Part shown: positions 48,621 to 59,774 of the stretch, one piece after another
Layout: each line of letters starts with the position of its first letter
Numbering within the stretch: position 1 is the first letter of the stretch
Assembly: GCA_023920165.1 (NCBI GenBank)
Contig: CP089280.1
Span: 930,001 to 994,000, forward strand
DNA: 64,000 nucleotides
Reading direction: 5' to 3'
From: Curvularia clavata
Taxonomy: Eukaryota
Translations under genes and position numbers: made by a program
The notes under the pieces: model-generated
What the model was told of the DNA's origin: nothing
Seen by the model: only the letters and a program-made list of their open reading frames with translations
Database searches by the model: none

Positions 48621-50084
48621 AGAATGTAGTATATTTTGGAACGTAATTCTTTGCAATATTCTGCTATCTGCTAGCGCACTCGGATTTCTGGATTCTACCT
48701 ACCTCCTTTAGATTTTTTTTTCATGTGAATACGAAGATGAATATCGTTGTAATTGCCCAGCTAGGCTATTAACGCTCTTCACTCGTGCTCTCCAAATCGC
48801 ACTTTACCCGGACGCACTGTACGTGATGCTTAGTGCAGACTAATTCTTTCCGCTCTCAATTCTAAATCTTTTGATTACCTCTTTCTCGCCTCATCAAGAC
48901 CTCTACATGTCCAGTCGCGCGGCAAGCGAGGCAAAACTCATTTGACGCGGCTGAAATCAATTAGCACCCGCTGGCTAGGCATTATGACCATGCATTATCA
49001 CATGTCAAGGAACGTGCATAATGCGCAATTGGTGCTAACACGTCCAACGGCCCTTAGCCACCGGAGGAGTTCTCTCGGCTATCTACCTGAGGTTTAGATC
49101 AAAGCGGAGCCTCATCCCAATTCTCTGGCGGACCGTTAACCGAGATTCTTGGCGATTCCCTGTGTCCCGAGCTCCGAGAAAATTGAACGAAGGATTCAAT
49201 TCAATCCTACATGCAGGGGCTTATATAAAAATTTCATGCCGTGTTTGTTGTTCTGAGCGGTACCAACTTGTTAACCCGTTGATTACCGCATCGGTATGTT
49301 GAGGCGCATGTTATCATTGTTCCGCGGAGGCAGTGAGAATTGTTGAGTTGCGGTGCTGCTGGTCTGCTTATTTGTTGTTACACTGCGGCGATGGACCATT
49401 TTCTATGGCTATCAAACAGCGCGCAGTTCAACGAGGTATGCTCGAAAAAAGGACGGCCCCCCGAGACTAGGGCCGTGATTACACTTCAATTTCTTCGAGG
49501 CAGTGAACCTGGTGTACTAATCAAAGCCATACACTAAAAAACACTCTAGAGCTCCATGAAATCCCTGCGAATATAGCACGCAGTGTCCAAAGCTCAACGT
49601 GAAAGCGTATTCTCAAGGGAGCGGCCAGTTTTCTTCCGCGCCACTACTATGACAAAAACTTTAGACACCAGAGTTAGCGTGACATGTTTTCACACTCGCG
49701 GGCTGTTCGATTCCTCATTCTCCTCTAAATGCCCTAACAATTGCATAGAATGGTCTCAAGATTGAATTCTAGAGATGAAGCACTACGCCACATTGTTGCT
49801 TCAAGCTTAAATCGATTATTCAGTACAAGTGAACTACCATGCTTCTCTGGATGCTCAATTGAATCTCAGATCCCAGTAGGGTAGTCCAATTACCAGTTAG
49901 CGAGGGCAAGATTCTCCAGTTCCACAGATGAAAAATGCGAAATGCACACACAAATCATCCACAATACAGTTTCCAAGCCTCTCCATGAGTAGCATAACAC
50001 TCTGGGAACTTCTTCCTGAATCCCAGACCCTAACACCGCCAATTTTAAATCGGGTTCTCAACGTCTCAAGTTTCACTGAATGGT

Positions 50085-50203
50085 ACATACGACCATAGGC
50101 TCGAGAAAGCAGGATTCCCCGTTCGATCAATCATACTTAAGCTCGAGACCGGCGGACTAGTAGTCAGGTGGGTGACCACTGGCGAATCCCCGCTGTCGTA
50201 TGT
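50085..50203 (+). rRNA. 5S rRNA (dispersed copy)
   Basis: ACATACGACCATAGG..TACTTAAG..TAGTAGTCAGGTGGGTGACCACTGGCGAATCCC..GTCGTATGT, 119 nt. Terminal stem ACATACGAC/GTCGTATGT. Confidence 0.93.
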
Positions 50204-50210
50204 TTTTTTT
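50203..50210 (+). terminator. Pol III oligo-T terminator of the 5S gene
   Basis: T8 run at the 3' end of the 5S sequence. Confidence 0.85.
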
Positions 50211-50394
50211 GTTGGTGGACGATCTTCGGTGGAGCGGTTCGGTGAATTTTTTGCACAGGTCACGTGCTTGCCGCTCAAAAACCGGGCCTCCCGTCTAGAC
50301 GCTGATTGGTTAGATGAATTAGTGAGATAGTAACTATACCAACGTGTATCTATTTGTAGAGGAACAACCACTATAAGAGGCTAAAGAGCAATTC

Positions 50395-50770
50395 AAAGCG
50401 GCAGCATTTTTGCCAGACAGGCAGCTAGTTACCTTCTCTTCTGAAGATAGCACAGTGCAGGTGTGGGAGATAGCGACATGCCACTGTCGTACTAAGCTAG
50501 AAGATCAGCTCATGCATACCTCTCACCTCACTTCCTCACCAGATGACCAGACTACACCACAAAAAAGGGATGTATCTCTACTGTTAGATCCTATTATCAT
50601 TACATCCACCCTTCCAGCCCAAGAACTACTATATACTGTAGTAGATGGCGTTGCGTCAAACGAGATGGTTTTTATGGCTTCTTCCTGAGTATTGGAGCTG
50701 CGTCACAGTAGTATATAGACACATGATATGTTCTGGATGTCGTCCTGTACGCGTATTGGTTCTTAACGAT
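50395..50770 (+). pseudogene. Remnant of the C-terminus of a WD40-repeat NLR (HET-E/NWD-like)
   Basis: AFLPDRQLVTFSSEDSTVQVWEIATCHCRTKLEDQ..HLTSSPDDQ, then after a frameshift FLWLLPEYWSCVTVVYRHMICSGCRPVRVLVL. No upstream NACHT domain. Confidence 0.7.
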
Positions 50771-50984
50771 TCGGCATTATGAGCGGAGAGGCCTATCAAA
50801 TGCGTATGCATTCATCTTTGGTATTCAATCTACTATCGAAATATAGTAAAATAATCGTGTGATGGTGGAGCTATACGCTTACAGAGATGCGGAGGTTTAG
50901 TGAAATGCGTCGCTCGCTTATCCGCTATGTTAGATAACTGATTTAAATTGAAATTCCTAACCCTGACTCGAAAATGAAGCCTTA

Positions 50985-51188
50985 TCAACAGCAGTATACA
51001 CCATTATAACCTCTGCAGACAAGCCCTACACCACAGACCTGCCCCGGAAATAAGGTGCCCGCTGGACAAATACAAGTTGGGTGTCGGACTTCAACCCCTC
51101 GACCTCCAACCCCCCTGTTCACTTCGTCTGCTGGTAGAGCAAGTGCAGTAGCGCACAGCAAAATGCTGAATATCGCATGGAGAAGCAT
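50985..51188 (-). CDS. Small secreted cysteine-rich prepropeptide (67 aa)
   Basis: Signal-like MLLHAIFSILLCATALA, pro-region LPADEVNRGVGGRGVEVR, then HPTCICPAGTLFPGQVCGVGLVCRGYNGVYCC. AT-rich upstream region with TATA-like runs. Confidence 0.75.
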   Translation of the reverse strand: MLLHAIFSILLCATALALPADEVNRGVGGRGVEVRHPTCICPAGTLFPGQVCGVGLVCRGYNGVYCC

Positions 51189-51470
51189 ATTAGGGATTCT
51201 TAGCACCAAGAAGACTTTGAAAATATAGAAGTCGTGTAATAAGAAATATGTCTCTTGTTTTCTCGTAGTGCGTTTCTATATATGTTTAGTCTTGTGTATT
51301 ATAATTGATATATTAATTAAGCAGTTCATCTTACGTTTCAGAAGGTTGGAGTAAATATAGTTTGACTTTACAAGTACTTCTTAAGCTATGTGGAGAGAGT
51401 TTTAGATTTGCTAGGAATAATTATCATTCCTTGTCATATTTATACGTTTCTGCGTGCTTATCCTTGTTTC

Positions 51471-51530
51471 CCGGCTTACTCCCCAGAATATTGACCGGCT
51501 TACTTCCGAGAGTATTGCCGGCTTATTTCC
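51471..51530. repeat. Degenerate 23-24-bp tandem repeat, about 2.5 copies
   Basis: CCGGCTTA[CT]T units start at 51471, 51495 and 51518. Confidence 0.8.
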
Positions 51531-51764
51531 AAGTGCATTGGCTAGCTATTACGAACCTGAACAATCTGGAGGAGAGTTACCAATTTCACTGAAGTAGACT
51601 TTCTTATACATACAGTTCGTCCTATAGAGACAATTCTACGATCGAGCGATAAGCTGAAACAACATCCATAATACCCGTAAATGGGACAATCACTGGATTA
51701 GAACTCAAGCCCACAAAAGGAAACCTGCTTCTGCAAATGTATTAGGCGTATTACAACACCACAA

Positions 51765-53307
51765 TCAAAGCCTCTCCATTTTCGTCCTCCCCTCAAGTCT
51801 AAACACCTTATCCGGATTCAATATCCCCCTCTGATCCCATGCCCTCTTAATGTCCCTCATCCCCTGTACTCCCTCTGTCCCCACCTCTTCCTCCAGCGCA
51901 CCCCTCAACTCCAGCCCAACACCATGCTCCCCCGTAACCGTTCCGTCCAACCTCAGCGCCAACCTAGCCACTTCCCTGAGCACCTTCTCCGCCTCCGCTC
52001 CGTCCGCCTCCGGACAAACAATCGCAGAATGCACATTGCCATCCCCCACGTGCCCGACGTTAGCGCAGAACCAGCGATCCTGATTTCCCGCCGCAGCAGA
52101 AGCCCTAGAAATAAGCTCTTGAGTCCCATGGACCAAGGCGGGCAGATTGGAAAGCGGAACAGCGCAGTCTGAATGCATAAAGAGGTCTGATGGGTCCTTT
52201 TTCATCGAGAGAAGTGCTCGACCCATGCATTTTCTCGCCTGCCAAATCACACCGGCTCGCTCTTCTTCTTGCGTAATTTCGACGCTCAGCGCAGCGTGCT
52301 TGCGACAGAGTGTCTGCATGATGCGGAGCTGGTCTTGCACTAGGTGCATCGAGGGACTTGCGATTTTGAAAAACAAGGTAGGTGTAGCGTTGAATGTGGT
52401 TTTGGCTAGGCCAGAGACATTGACACAGTGCATTTGCGGGCCATCGGCTAGCTCCAGGGCTTCAAGCACATGGCCTTGTTTTTGAAGCGAGATGACCACG
52501 TCGACGCCTTGTTGGAAGGAGGAGAAGGTTGCGAGGCCGACGTGCAGGTTCTTGGGGAGAGGAGAGAGACGCAGTACGGCTTCTGTGACGAGACCGAGTG
52601 TGCCTTCGGAGCCGATGAGGAGATGCGTCAGGTCGTAGCCGGCTGAGGACTTGCGTGGTCGCTTGTGGGTTTTGATGATACGGCCATCGGCGAGCACGCA
52701 GGTGAGTGATATGACGTTTTCTTTCATGGTGCCGTAACGGTAGGCGTTTGTGCCGGAGCAAGACATGGCTATCTTTGTTTCTTTCAGTATCCAAATATAC
52801 AAAGTATTGGTAATAAATTAGTGAAAAAAGGAGAGTAAGAGAGGAACTCACCATCCCCCCAATCTTCGCTCCAGGCGCAGGATCAACTGGAAAAAACAGC
52901 CCCTTCTCTTTCGACTGCTCGTTCAATTCTACCCACCCTAGACCAGGCTGAACCACGACATCCATATCGTCTTCATGCAAAGCTACTACCTCCTGCATGC
53001 GTTCGAAACTAACGCATATCCCGCTCCGACTCGACGTGAGTGCGCCTCCGAAACTTGTGCCGCCGGAAAAAGACGTCACTGCGACCTGTCGCTCATTGCA
53101 TGCTTTGAGGATAATTGATACATCCTGTGTAGAGGCCGGGAAGAATATGGCTAATGGTGTCTCGTGAGGCGGTGCTGGCGAGTGCTTGGTGTTGGCTTTG
53201 GCGTTGCGCTCACGTGCATCGAGTGTGTATTCGATCCCATGCTTTTTCACTTGTTCGATGAGGCTTTTGATATTCGCCTCGGAGTGATTGTATGTATATG
53301 ATGACAT
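51765..53307 (-). CDS. FAD-linked oxidase, D-lactate dehydrogenase (cytochrome)-like
   Basis: Intron 52773-52851. [89 protein letters not shown]. Confidence 0.92.
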
Positions 53308-53735
53308 TGTTACAGTTGTTCGCTTTCCATGAACTGGATTGAGGTTTAAACGAAGCTAGGGATCTGGGGAAAAGCCAAGTCGGAGATAATGCACGACGCT
53401 GTTCCCGACCCTTTGATATCCGCACCTGAAAACAAGGACCACCCATACTGGATAACTATAGGATGTTTTCATTACACATAATAGGAAATACTACGCAGTC
53501 TATAAAAATTCAGTCTCAACTCACATCAATCACCTTGCACCAACTCAAAATCCATGATAGCATAAGTATGGCATACAAATAGTGGGTATCGAGAAGTCAT
53601 CATCCCTCCAAAAACAGCAATCCGCAATCGTCCCCGTATTTCCGACCACCAAAAATCAAAGTAAGTCTATTTAACGAGTGATGTGAAATTATGCAAACGG
53701 GTGAGCCAAATGTCGTCATCCAACGTCCTGCTGTC

Positions 53736-56700
53736 TTAAGGCATATCGCCATAAGTCTTCTCTTTCTTGCTACGCCAGAACTTCCTACTCTTCTTCTCTT
53801 CTTTGACTGGCGCACGCGTCACCGGCTCTGGTGGCCCGGAATTCATGAGAAAGTCGGCCAAGTCGCTGGTTCCTGTGCGTGCAATTGTACCGGGTGCCCT
53901 AGCTTGTAAACGAGGTTTGTTTGAGCGAGCAGTGTCAGAGTTCAAGGAGCCCGCTGGCTGTATGGTGCCGTAGCCATTCTGCGGCGCGGATTTGGAGGCG
54001 TTGACACGCGCACGCGCTGCAGCAATAGTCTCCTCACTAAGCATAAAAGGTTGAGGCTTGCTGACGGACGGGGGTTCCATCCCATTCAAGAAATCCATCA
54101 TGCTTTCCTGTCTCGGTGCAGCCTGTCGTGGTGGTTGCACCGGAGCCTGCCTGGGTGGCTGTGGCGCATTGGATGGCGGAAGTGCAGTAAGCTGATCTTC
54201 ATCCTCATCCTCGTCTTCATCCTCATCGGAAAAGTCAATTGCATAAGGATCCTTGATACGGCGCCGGGTTCGGGTGACCTGAGGCTCGGCATTGGAGGCT
54301 GACATGCTGCCACTCAGCTGCTGTGGCGTGCTGGAATAAGCTGGCTGCACGACGCTAGGTGATGCAATGAGACCCGTGCGGGAATTAATCGTCTGGGCAC
54401 TGTCCTTGGATTCAAGTGTCGATGCTGTGGATCCGTATGCGGATTCAACATTGCCATGGCCGTCCAGCATGGTGTCGAACTGATCCGAATCGACAGTGGT
54501 ACGGAAGGGCGCTACACTTCTAGGGATTCTGGGTTGCCCATTGTGTGCGTCGGGCGGTCCTTGCCGGATAAAGTCAATCAAGTCGCCATTGCCCAAACTT
54601 GGACCTGCTGGGCTGCGTGGCTCCATGTTTGCGCGTGCTTTTGGAGAAGGTCCGTTCGCAGAAGACGATCGTCTGGTGGACAACTTCCGACCCAGGGAGG
54701 ACGTTGATCCATTGTTAGCCTTTGGTGTGTGTCCGCCACTCACATTGACAAAAGGCTGCACAGGCTTCTCCTGTCCGGGCGAAGGGCCCGTCGATCGGAT
54801 GAAGTCGGCAAAGTCGCGCATTGATTCCGACTCAATCTTTGGGTCTCTTGCGAGCGGTCTGGTTACTACCTTGCGGCTAGGCGATGGCTTGTGGTGGCTA
54901 CCGTTCGACGACTTTGCTCTAGGCGCTGTCGTATTGGGTAGGTTTCCATAAGGTTTGTCATCATTGGATCGAGTGCGTCCCTTTGTGGAAGATGAAGACG
55001 ATGTGCGAGGCAGTCCACTCTGTTGTGGTGGGAGTTCCTGTTTCCTGTTAGTAAACTGAAGAATGAAGCAACAGTTGGAACTTGCATCAAGATCTCGCAT
55101 GTTTTGGGGTGTCAGTGTAAACTTTACCGTATCTTGACCCTTGATCAAAGAATCAAACTCCCGTGCCCGATCTTCCTCTGACATGCGGCCACTCAGGCCA
55201 CGCGAACGATGGCTAGAGACTGATTCGCGTCCGCTCGAGACAACGGGGTACACAACCTGTTTCTTAAGAGAAGAAGAAGTCGAAGTGCCCCGCTTCAGCG
55301 AGATATTGTCTGAGGGAGATTTTTCAGAAGATGAATACTGAGAAGGGACAGACTCTCCAGTCGAAATACGTTGTAGTCTCCGGTCAGGTGCTTGCATGGA
55401 GCCGTCCTGTGTGGCGGAAATGGAGTTGCGCTTTGATCCGTCAGAAGGAGGAGAGCCAGATTTGGTCACGCGTACAGAGCCAGCATTTTCGGTAGGCTGC
55501 ACTGTGTTACTCTCAACCTCCTGTAAGGCAGGCAACGACGAGCCGAGGGACGCAGAGCGAAGACCGTCCTGTCTGCGTGGAGCACTAGTAGGGCTCTCGT
55601 GCTGAGTCGGGCTGGAAGTAACCTCTCCGTGGGTAATCGGCTTTCTTCCACCGTCTTTCCAGGCCATCGGACGGTCTGGTACCGTTGACCTGTCATCAGG
55701 CGAGGAGGTATTGCGACTCGGCGCTGAAGTCGGTGTAGCGTTGCGAGACTGAGCCTCTCCGTATGCTCCTCTGGGATGATGATGGTTGTGCTCACGGATC
55801 GATCCTTCTGGAGTCGTAGATGTTGATCGGACAGCATTGTCCGCTGTCCGCGCAACACCAATCGCCTGTGGCTTTTCGACCTCCTCTTCAGAAAGATCGT
55901 CGTCGAGATATGACTTTCCTTCAGCATGAGCAGACGCCTTGGGTGTCACGGCAGGCGTTTGCAAAGGCGACTTGAGGCTTGCACTGCGATTGGAGCTGCG
56001 AGTTGAAAAGGTACGCACCAGACCCGGAGGCCCAGGTCGCTCTATTGACATTCTCTTTGAGCTCATGACCTTTCCGACACTCTTGGGGCTAATGTCGTTG
56101 GTTACGTCAAGACCGTCGGGATTTTTCTTCTCGCCGTCATTGATGGGTTCTGGGGTGGTCGTCCTGAAGCCCATGCCAGTAGCTGCTGTGAATGCCGCCC
56201 TTGAGGCATCGATTTCGTTGACCGGTTTCTGCTCCTCAGGTGTAATCTCATGAACCTCATCATTGGCCCCGTCCTCTTCAATAAAAGTATGGAAGGAGTG
56301 CCCATCAGTCTCGTCAGGACTTGTAGGGACGACGAATGCTGGTAGTTGGGAAATAGGCAAAGAAAGAGGACGCGGCCTCTTGTCCTTCTTCGCCGAAGTA
56401 ACCTGGGATGGCATGATGACGCTAGAAGGTCGTTGCGCTTGCGGCATGGGAGTCTGCGTGCTCAGGCCGTCATCCTCGTCCTCATATGTGGGTGCCAACC
56501 CAGGGACTTCAATCTCATTAATGTCATTTTCGCCAATTGGAAGCGGTATGTTGGCTGCAATCTCGGTCTCGGTAGGCTGGTGTTCAGGCAGGACTTCGTG
56601 CTCAATGTGCATGGTATTGATTGTATCGCGGCTAGGTTTCCGCAGGGGCAAGCTCGAGTAGCTCGAAGCAGACCGCATTCGTCGTATGGGGGTAATGGGC

Positions 56701-57587
56701 ATCATGGGAGATCGCACCCGCTTCCTCCAAGTCCTCCAAAGTCTTCCCAGTGCAGAGTTGAGGGCAATCTTCTCCACATCAGGCTCCTCAATGGTCAGAC
56801 GCTCAATGACGGGCGGTTCTTCGTGTTGGTCCATCTGCTGGGTGAGCTTCTTGATTCGCGATTCCATGCGTGCGAACGCCGCGGATCCAGAGACGAGCAT
56901 CAATTGCTCGGCAATGTACTCCATGACCGAGGTCAGGAAGATGGCAGAGGCCCACGAGACGAGGCCGGCTTCGTCATCCTCATCATCGTCCATGCTGAGC
57001 CCACGCTCCTGCTGAACATACCTTTCCTCATCCTCGTCCTCCAATTCACCCAAGCGGGTGTAGACCATGATGCGTAGACGGGTGCGCTTCCACACCTTCT
57101 CTACGTCCCAAGCGCCAATAGCCTTGCCATCTTGCGCAGGAAACTCATCCTCGTCGTCACCAGCTAGCAGGCCCTGCAGCTCCTCATCCGCCGCTTCCAT
57201 GGCCTCGCGGGCAAGGCGCGGCTTGAGTACTTCTTGTATCGCTGGGCGAATGGCAGTCAGCGAGGGCGACTTGGCCGAGGAGAGAAAAGCGAAGAGGAGG
57301 TGGTCGAGAAAGGCATTGAGGAGGGCCAATGCCTGATCGGAGAAGACGGCATTCTGCAGCTCGTCGCTGTCGGCATCGTCGTCACGCAGCTGGGCATTAT
57401 GGTGGTCGGTGACGGTCTGCGAGGCTACGGAAGCAGCAATGTAGGCGGGCGGGGGTCGGACGGTGGTGGGCATCTGGAAGGTGACGGAGCTGGCGAGAGA
57501 AGGAGATCGTTCGCTGCTGAAACTGGGGGTTCTGCTTGAGCGCGACGACGGCATGGCCGCCGTCTCTGACATTGTATGGCGATGCAT
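53736..57587 (-). CDS. Large fungal protein with helical N-terminal domain and long Ser/Pro-rich disordered region
   Basis: 1283-aa ORF with a probable in-frame 48-nt GC-AG intron at 55038-55085. Repeated short DFxxxxP motifs: DFADFIRSTGP, DLIDFIRQGPP, SMMDFLNGMEPP, DLADFLMNSGPP. Confidence 0.85.
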   Translation of the reverse strand: MHRHTMSETAAMPSSRSSRTPSFSSERSPSLASSVTFQMPTTVRPPPAYIAASVASQTVTDHHNAQLRDDDADSDELQNAVFSDQALALLNAFLDHLLFAFLSSAKSPSLTAIRPAIQEVLKPRLAREAMEAADEELQGLLAGDDEDEFPAQDGKAIGAWDVEKVWKRTRLRIMVYTRLGELEDEDEERYVQQERGLSMDDDEDDEAGLVSWASAIFLTSVMEYIAEQLMLVSGSAAFARMESRIKKLTQQMDQHEEPPVIERLTIEEPDVEKIALNSALGRLWRTWRKRVRSPMMPITPIRRMRSASSYSSLPLRKPSRDTINTMHIEHEVLPEHQPTETEIAANIPLPIGENDINEIEVPGLAPTYEDEDDGLSTQTPMPQAQRPSSVIMPSQVTSAKKDKRPRPLSLPISQLPAFVVPTSPDETDGHSFHTFIEEDGANDEVHEITPEEQKPVNEIDASRAAFTAATGMGFRTTTPEPINDGEKKNPDGLDVTNDISPKSVGKVMSSKRMSIERPGPPGLVRTFSTRSSNRSASLKSPLQTPAVTPKASAHAEGKSYLDDDLSEEEVEKPQAIGVARTADNAVRSTSTTPEGSIREHNHHHPRGAYGEAQSRNATPTSAPSRNTSSPDDRSTVPDRPMAWKDGGRKPITHGEVTSSPTQHESPTSAPRRQDGLRSASLGSSLPALQEVESNTVQPTENAGSVRVTKSGSPPSDGSKRNSISATQDGSMQAPDRRLQRISTGESVPSQYSSSEKSPSDNISLKRGTSTSSSLKKQVVYPVVSSGRESVSSHRSRGLSGRMSEEDRAREFDSLIKGQDTVKFTLTPQNMRDLDASSNCCFILQFTNRKQELPPQQSGLPRTSSSSSTKGRTRSNDDKPYGNLPNTTAPRAKSSNGSHHKPSPSRKVVTRPLARDPKIESESMRDFADFIRSTGPSPGQEKPVQPFVNVSGGHTPKANNGSTSSLGRKLSTRRSSSANGPSPKARANMEPRSPAGPSLGNGDLIDFIRQGPPDAHNGQPRIPRSVAPFRTTVDSDQFDTMLDGHGNVESAYGSTASTLESKDSAQTINSRTGLIASPSVVQPAYSSTPQQLSGSMSASNAEPQVTRTRRRIKDPYAIDFSDEDEDEDEDEDQLTALPPSNAPQPPRQAPVQPPRQAAPRQESMMDFLNGMEPPSVSKPQPFMLSEETIAAARARVNASKSAPQNGYGTIQPAGSLNSDTARSNKPRLQARAPGTIARTGTSDLADFLMNSGPPEPVTRAPVKEEKKSRKFWRSKKEKTYGDMP

Positions 57588-59774
57588 GGCGCTGGAGGGC
57601 GTCTACAGCCTGCGGTCGCGAAACACAAAAGAAAAGGTCGCCAATACGGCTGGCAATGGGGTGAGAAGGGCCCTAGGGGAAGTTGTCGCCTCGCGACCGT
57701 GCAGGCGGCGCGGATTGGTCGGGGGCCGTGGGAAACGCTAAGGAGAGACTATAGGTTGGACGTATAAGAATGCAAAAGGGTCTGTCAGTGGCTCATGGCG
57801 CAAGCAAGCCCTCGTCAATGCTTGGGAGGCGTGTGGCAGGATGCAGAGGGAGAGGAAGGGTCGGAAAGGAGGGGAGATTGGGCGAGTATCAGGTAGATGT
57901 TCTAGTCGGGGGCTTGTTACAGCTTGCGGTAGGGATCCTGGACGGCGATCGTGTTGTTCACTAGGGCCTCGAGCCATACCGGTAGCAGTGGTAGCGAACC
58001 ATGTCTGCGCCTCTCGTCAATAAACTCTAGCTCAACGCCCTGAATCGTGGCCGTAGCCTCGTTCAGGACAGACAGACAGACTGCGCGTCGACTGCACAGC
58101 ATCGTCGTTCATGTGCGGTCGCCACTGCACTCAGGGTACAATGGCGCAATATGCCCGTTGTTGATGGGCTGCATACCGCGAACCCTCTCCTGTCCCTGCC
58201 TAGCACGCTAGCCTAATCGGTTTTCACGTGCAAGCGTGCTCCTAATACTGCTAGAGCTGGTCTCTTCCCCTTCCAGACGAGAATGGCATTCATACTTTAT
58301 TGCTATACCATTGCCCACCCCGCACTATTCCTCTGGACTGCCGCTGCCAATGCCCGTCTCTCCAGGTCGCCTTACTGGCAAGGCAGATATTCTGCGACGC
58401 CGTGGTACAGCCGCAACATATTCAGGTGCCCATGTGGGTTCGTCGCACCATGCTGCAAATTTACACCTCCGCCGCTGCTGTACCTGCGACTTTCCGCCTT
58501 CCAACACACTCGATGCGGGAGCGCGCGTTGACCTGACCTGCTGCCTCGACAACCAGGGCTGATATGACCCAGCGACGTGGTCGTGGGCTTATAGCCGAGT
58601 CATTGCCATATATTTGTCCCGAATCGTGCTCGCTAATCTCAGGGGCTCGTTTTTTTTGCATGCGTTCAAGTGACTCGTTCAACTCCGTGCACGCTACATT
58701 CCAAGACGATCGCGATAAAGGCGATTTTTCTGTTACTCAGTTGTTTGTTCCCGCAAAAATCTACGTCTGGGCAATACATTGCTTCTTTACTGCAACATCA
58801 GTGCCGTCTTCGGTAGGACATACACTGCATACGCATGACCCGTACCCTGTTCTGCTTACAGGCTGATTGCAATAAGTAAAACAAGATTGGCTGCAAGATA
58901 GGACGTGCTGCTGTTGGGAGACGAGGGCCAGTGAGAAGATCGTCGTGTCTAACAGCTTCTTGTCGGCACTATAGGCCACTTATATCTGGCTGGCGTGTTT
59001 TTAGTGCTCTATCTGCAAGTCACGTGGGAAAAAATCTCCGAATAGGTATCGGCGATGTACACCTCACAACAGACCACCAAACATCACGATGCTGATATGA
59101 GGCCATGCAAACTCCATATGTAAACAACACTCGAGCATCATATCATTGCTGCATTAGGTCATGTTCTAGTCCCCGGCTTCATTTCTCATGGAAAGCTACT
59201 ACGTCCTTCCCCAAAGGAAGGTGCAACCTAGTTGCTATTACCTCACAACAGCCCCTGATTGGCTCTTCTCCACGCGCCAAGCCCTATCCCCTCACCTTTC
59301 TACGACTTCGTGACATCTCAGTTGAACGTCTCTTGTTATATATCCCTCGTGAGTACTATTTGCATTGTTCGTGACACCTTCCCCGCACTTTGGATCGTCT
59401 CCACCGCCCTCGATTATCACCAGTCTTCGTTAACATGGTCCAGCCATGTCCTTCCATATCTCGTAGAGCCACCACCAGGGGGGGGCATAGAATCTGAGAA
59501 AATGCATCCGATCCAGCGGACAGCTTGTCTTTTCCAACTTCATTTCCGGATAACTTAAGCAAATACGAAAGCCGCGTCATTCTCACTGCCCTGCCGCGTG
59601 AGCATCACCATCAATTCACCCAAACCCACCAGTGCCGTACCATGAGCCAAGTCGAAAAGAGCCAGGTCGACGTTCAAGAAGCCATTGGCAGGATGCCAGA
59701 CCCCATTCCAGCTTTTCGTTTAGCTTCTCGTCCATCCGAACCTATGGGACCGCAACGATGCTAGCCAACAACCG

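Noticed and set aside
48961..49038. Imperfect inverted repeat (TTAGCACC..GCATTATG / CATAATGC..GGTGCTAA)
   Set aside because: Arms are short and unevenly spaced; no MITE target duplication or RNA family recognisable.
49660..49725. GTTCGATTC T-loop-like motif suggesting a tRNA
   Set aside because: No acceptor, D or anticodon stems can be formed.
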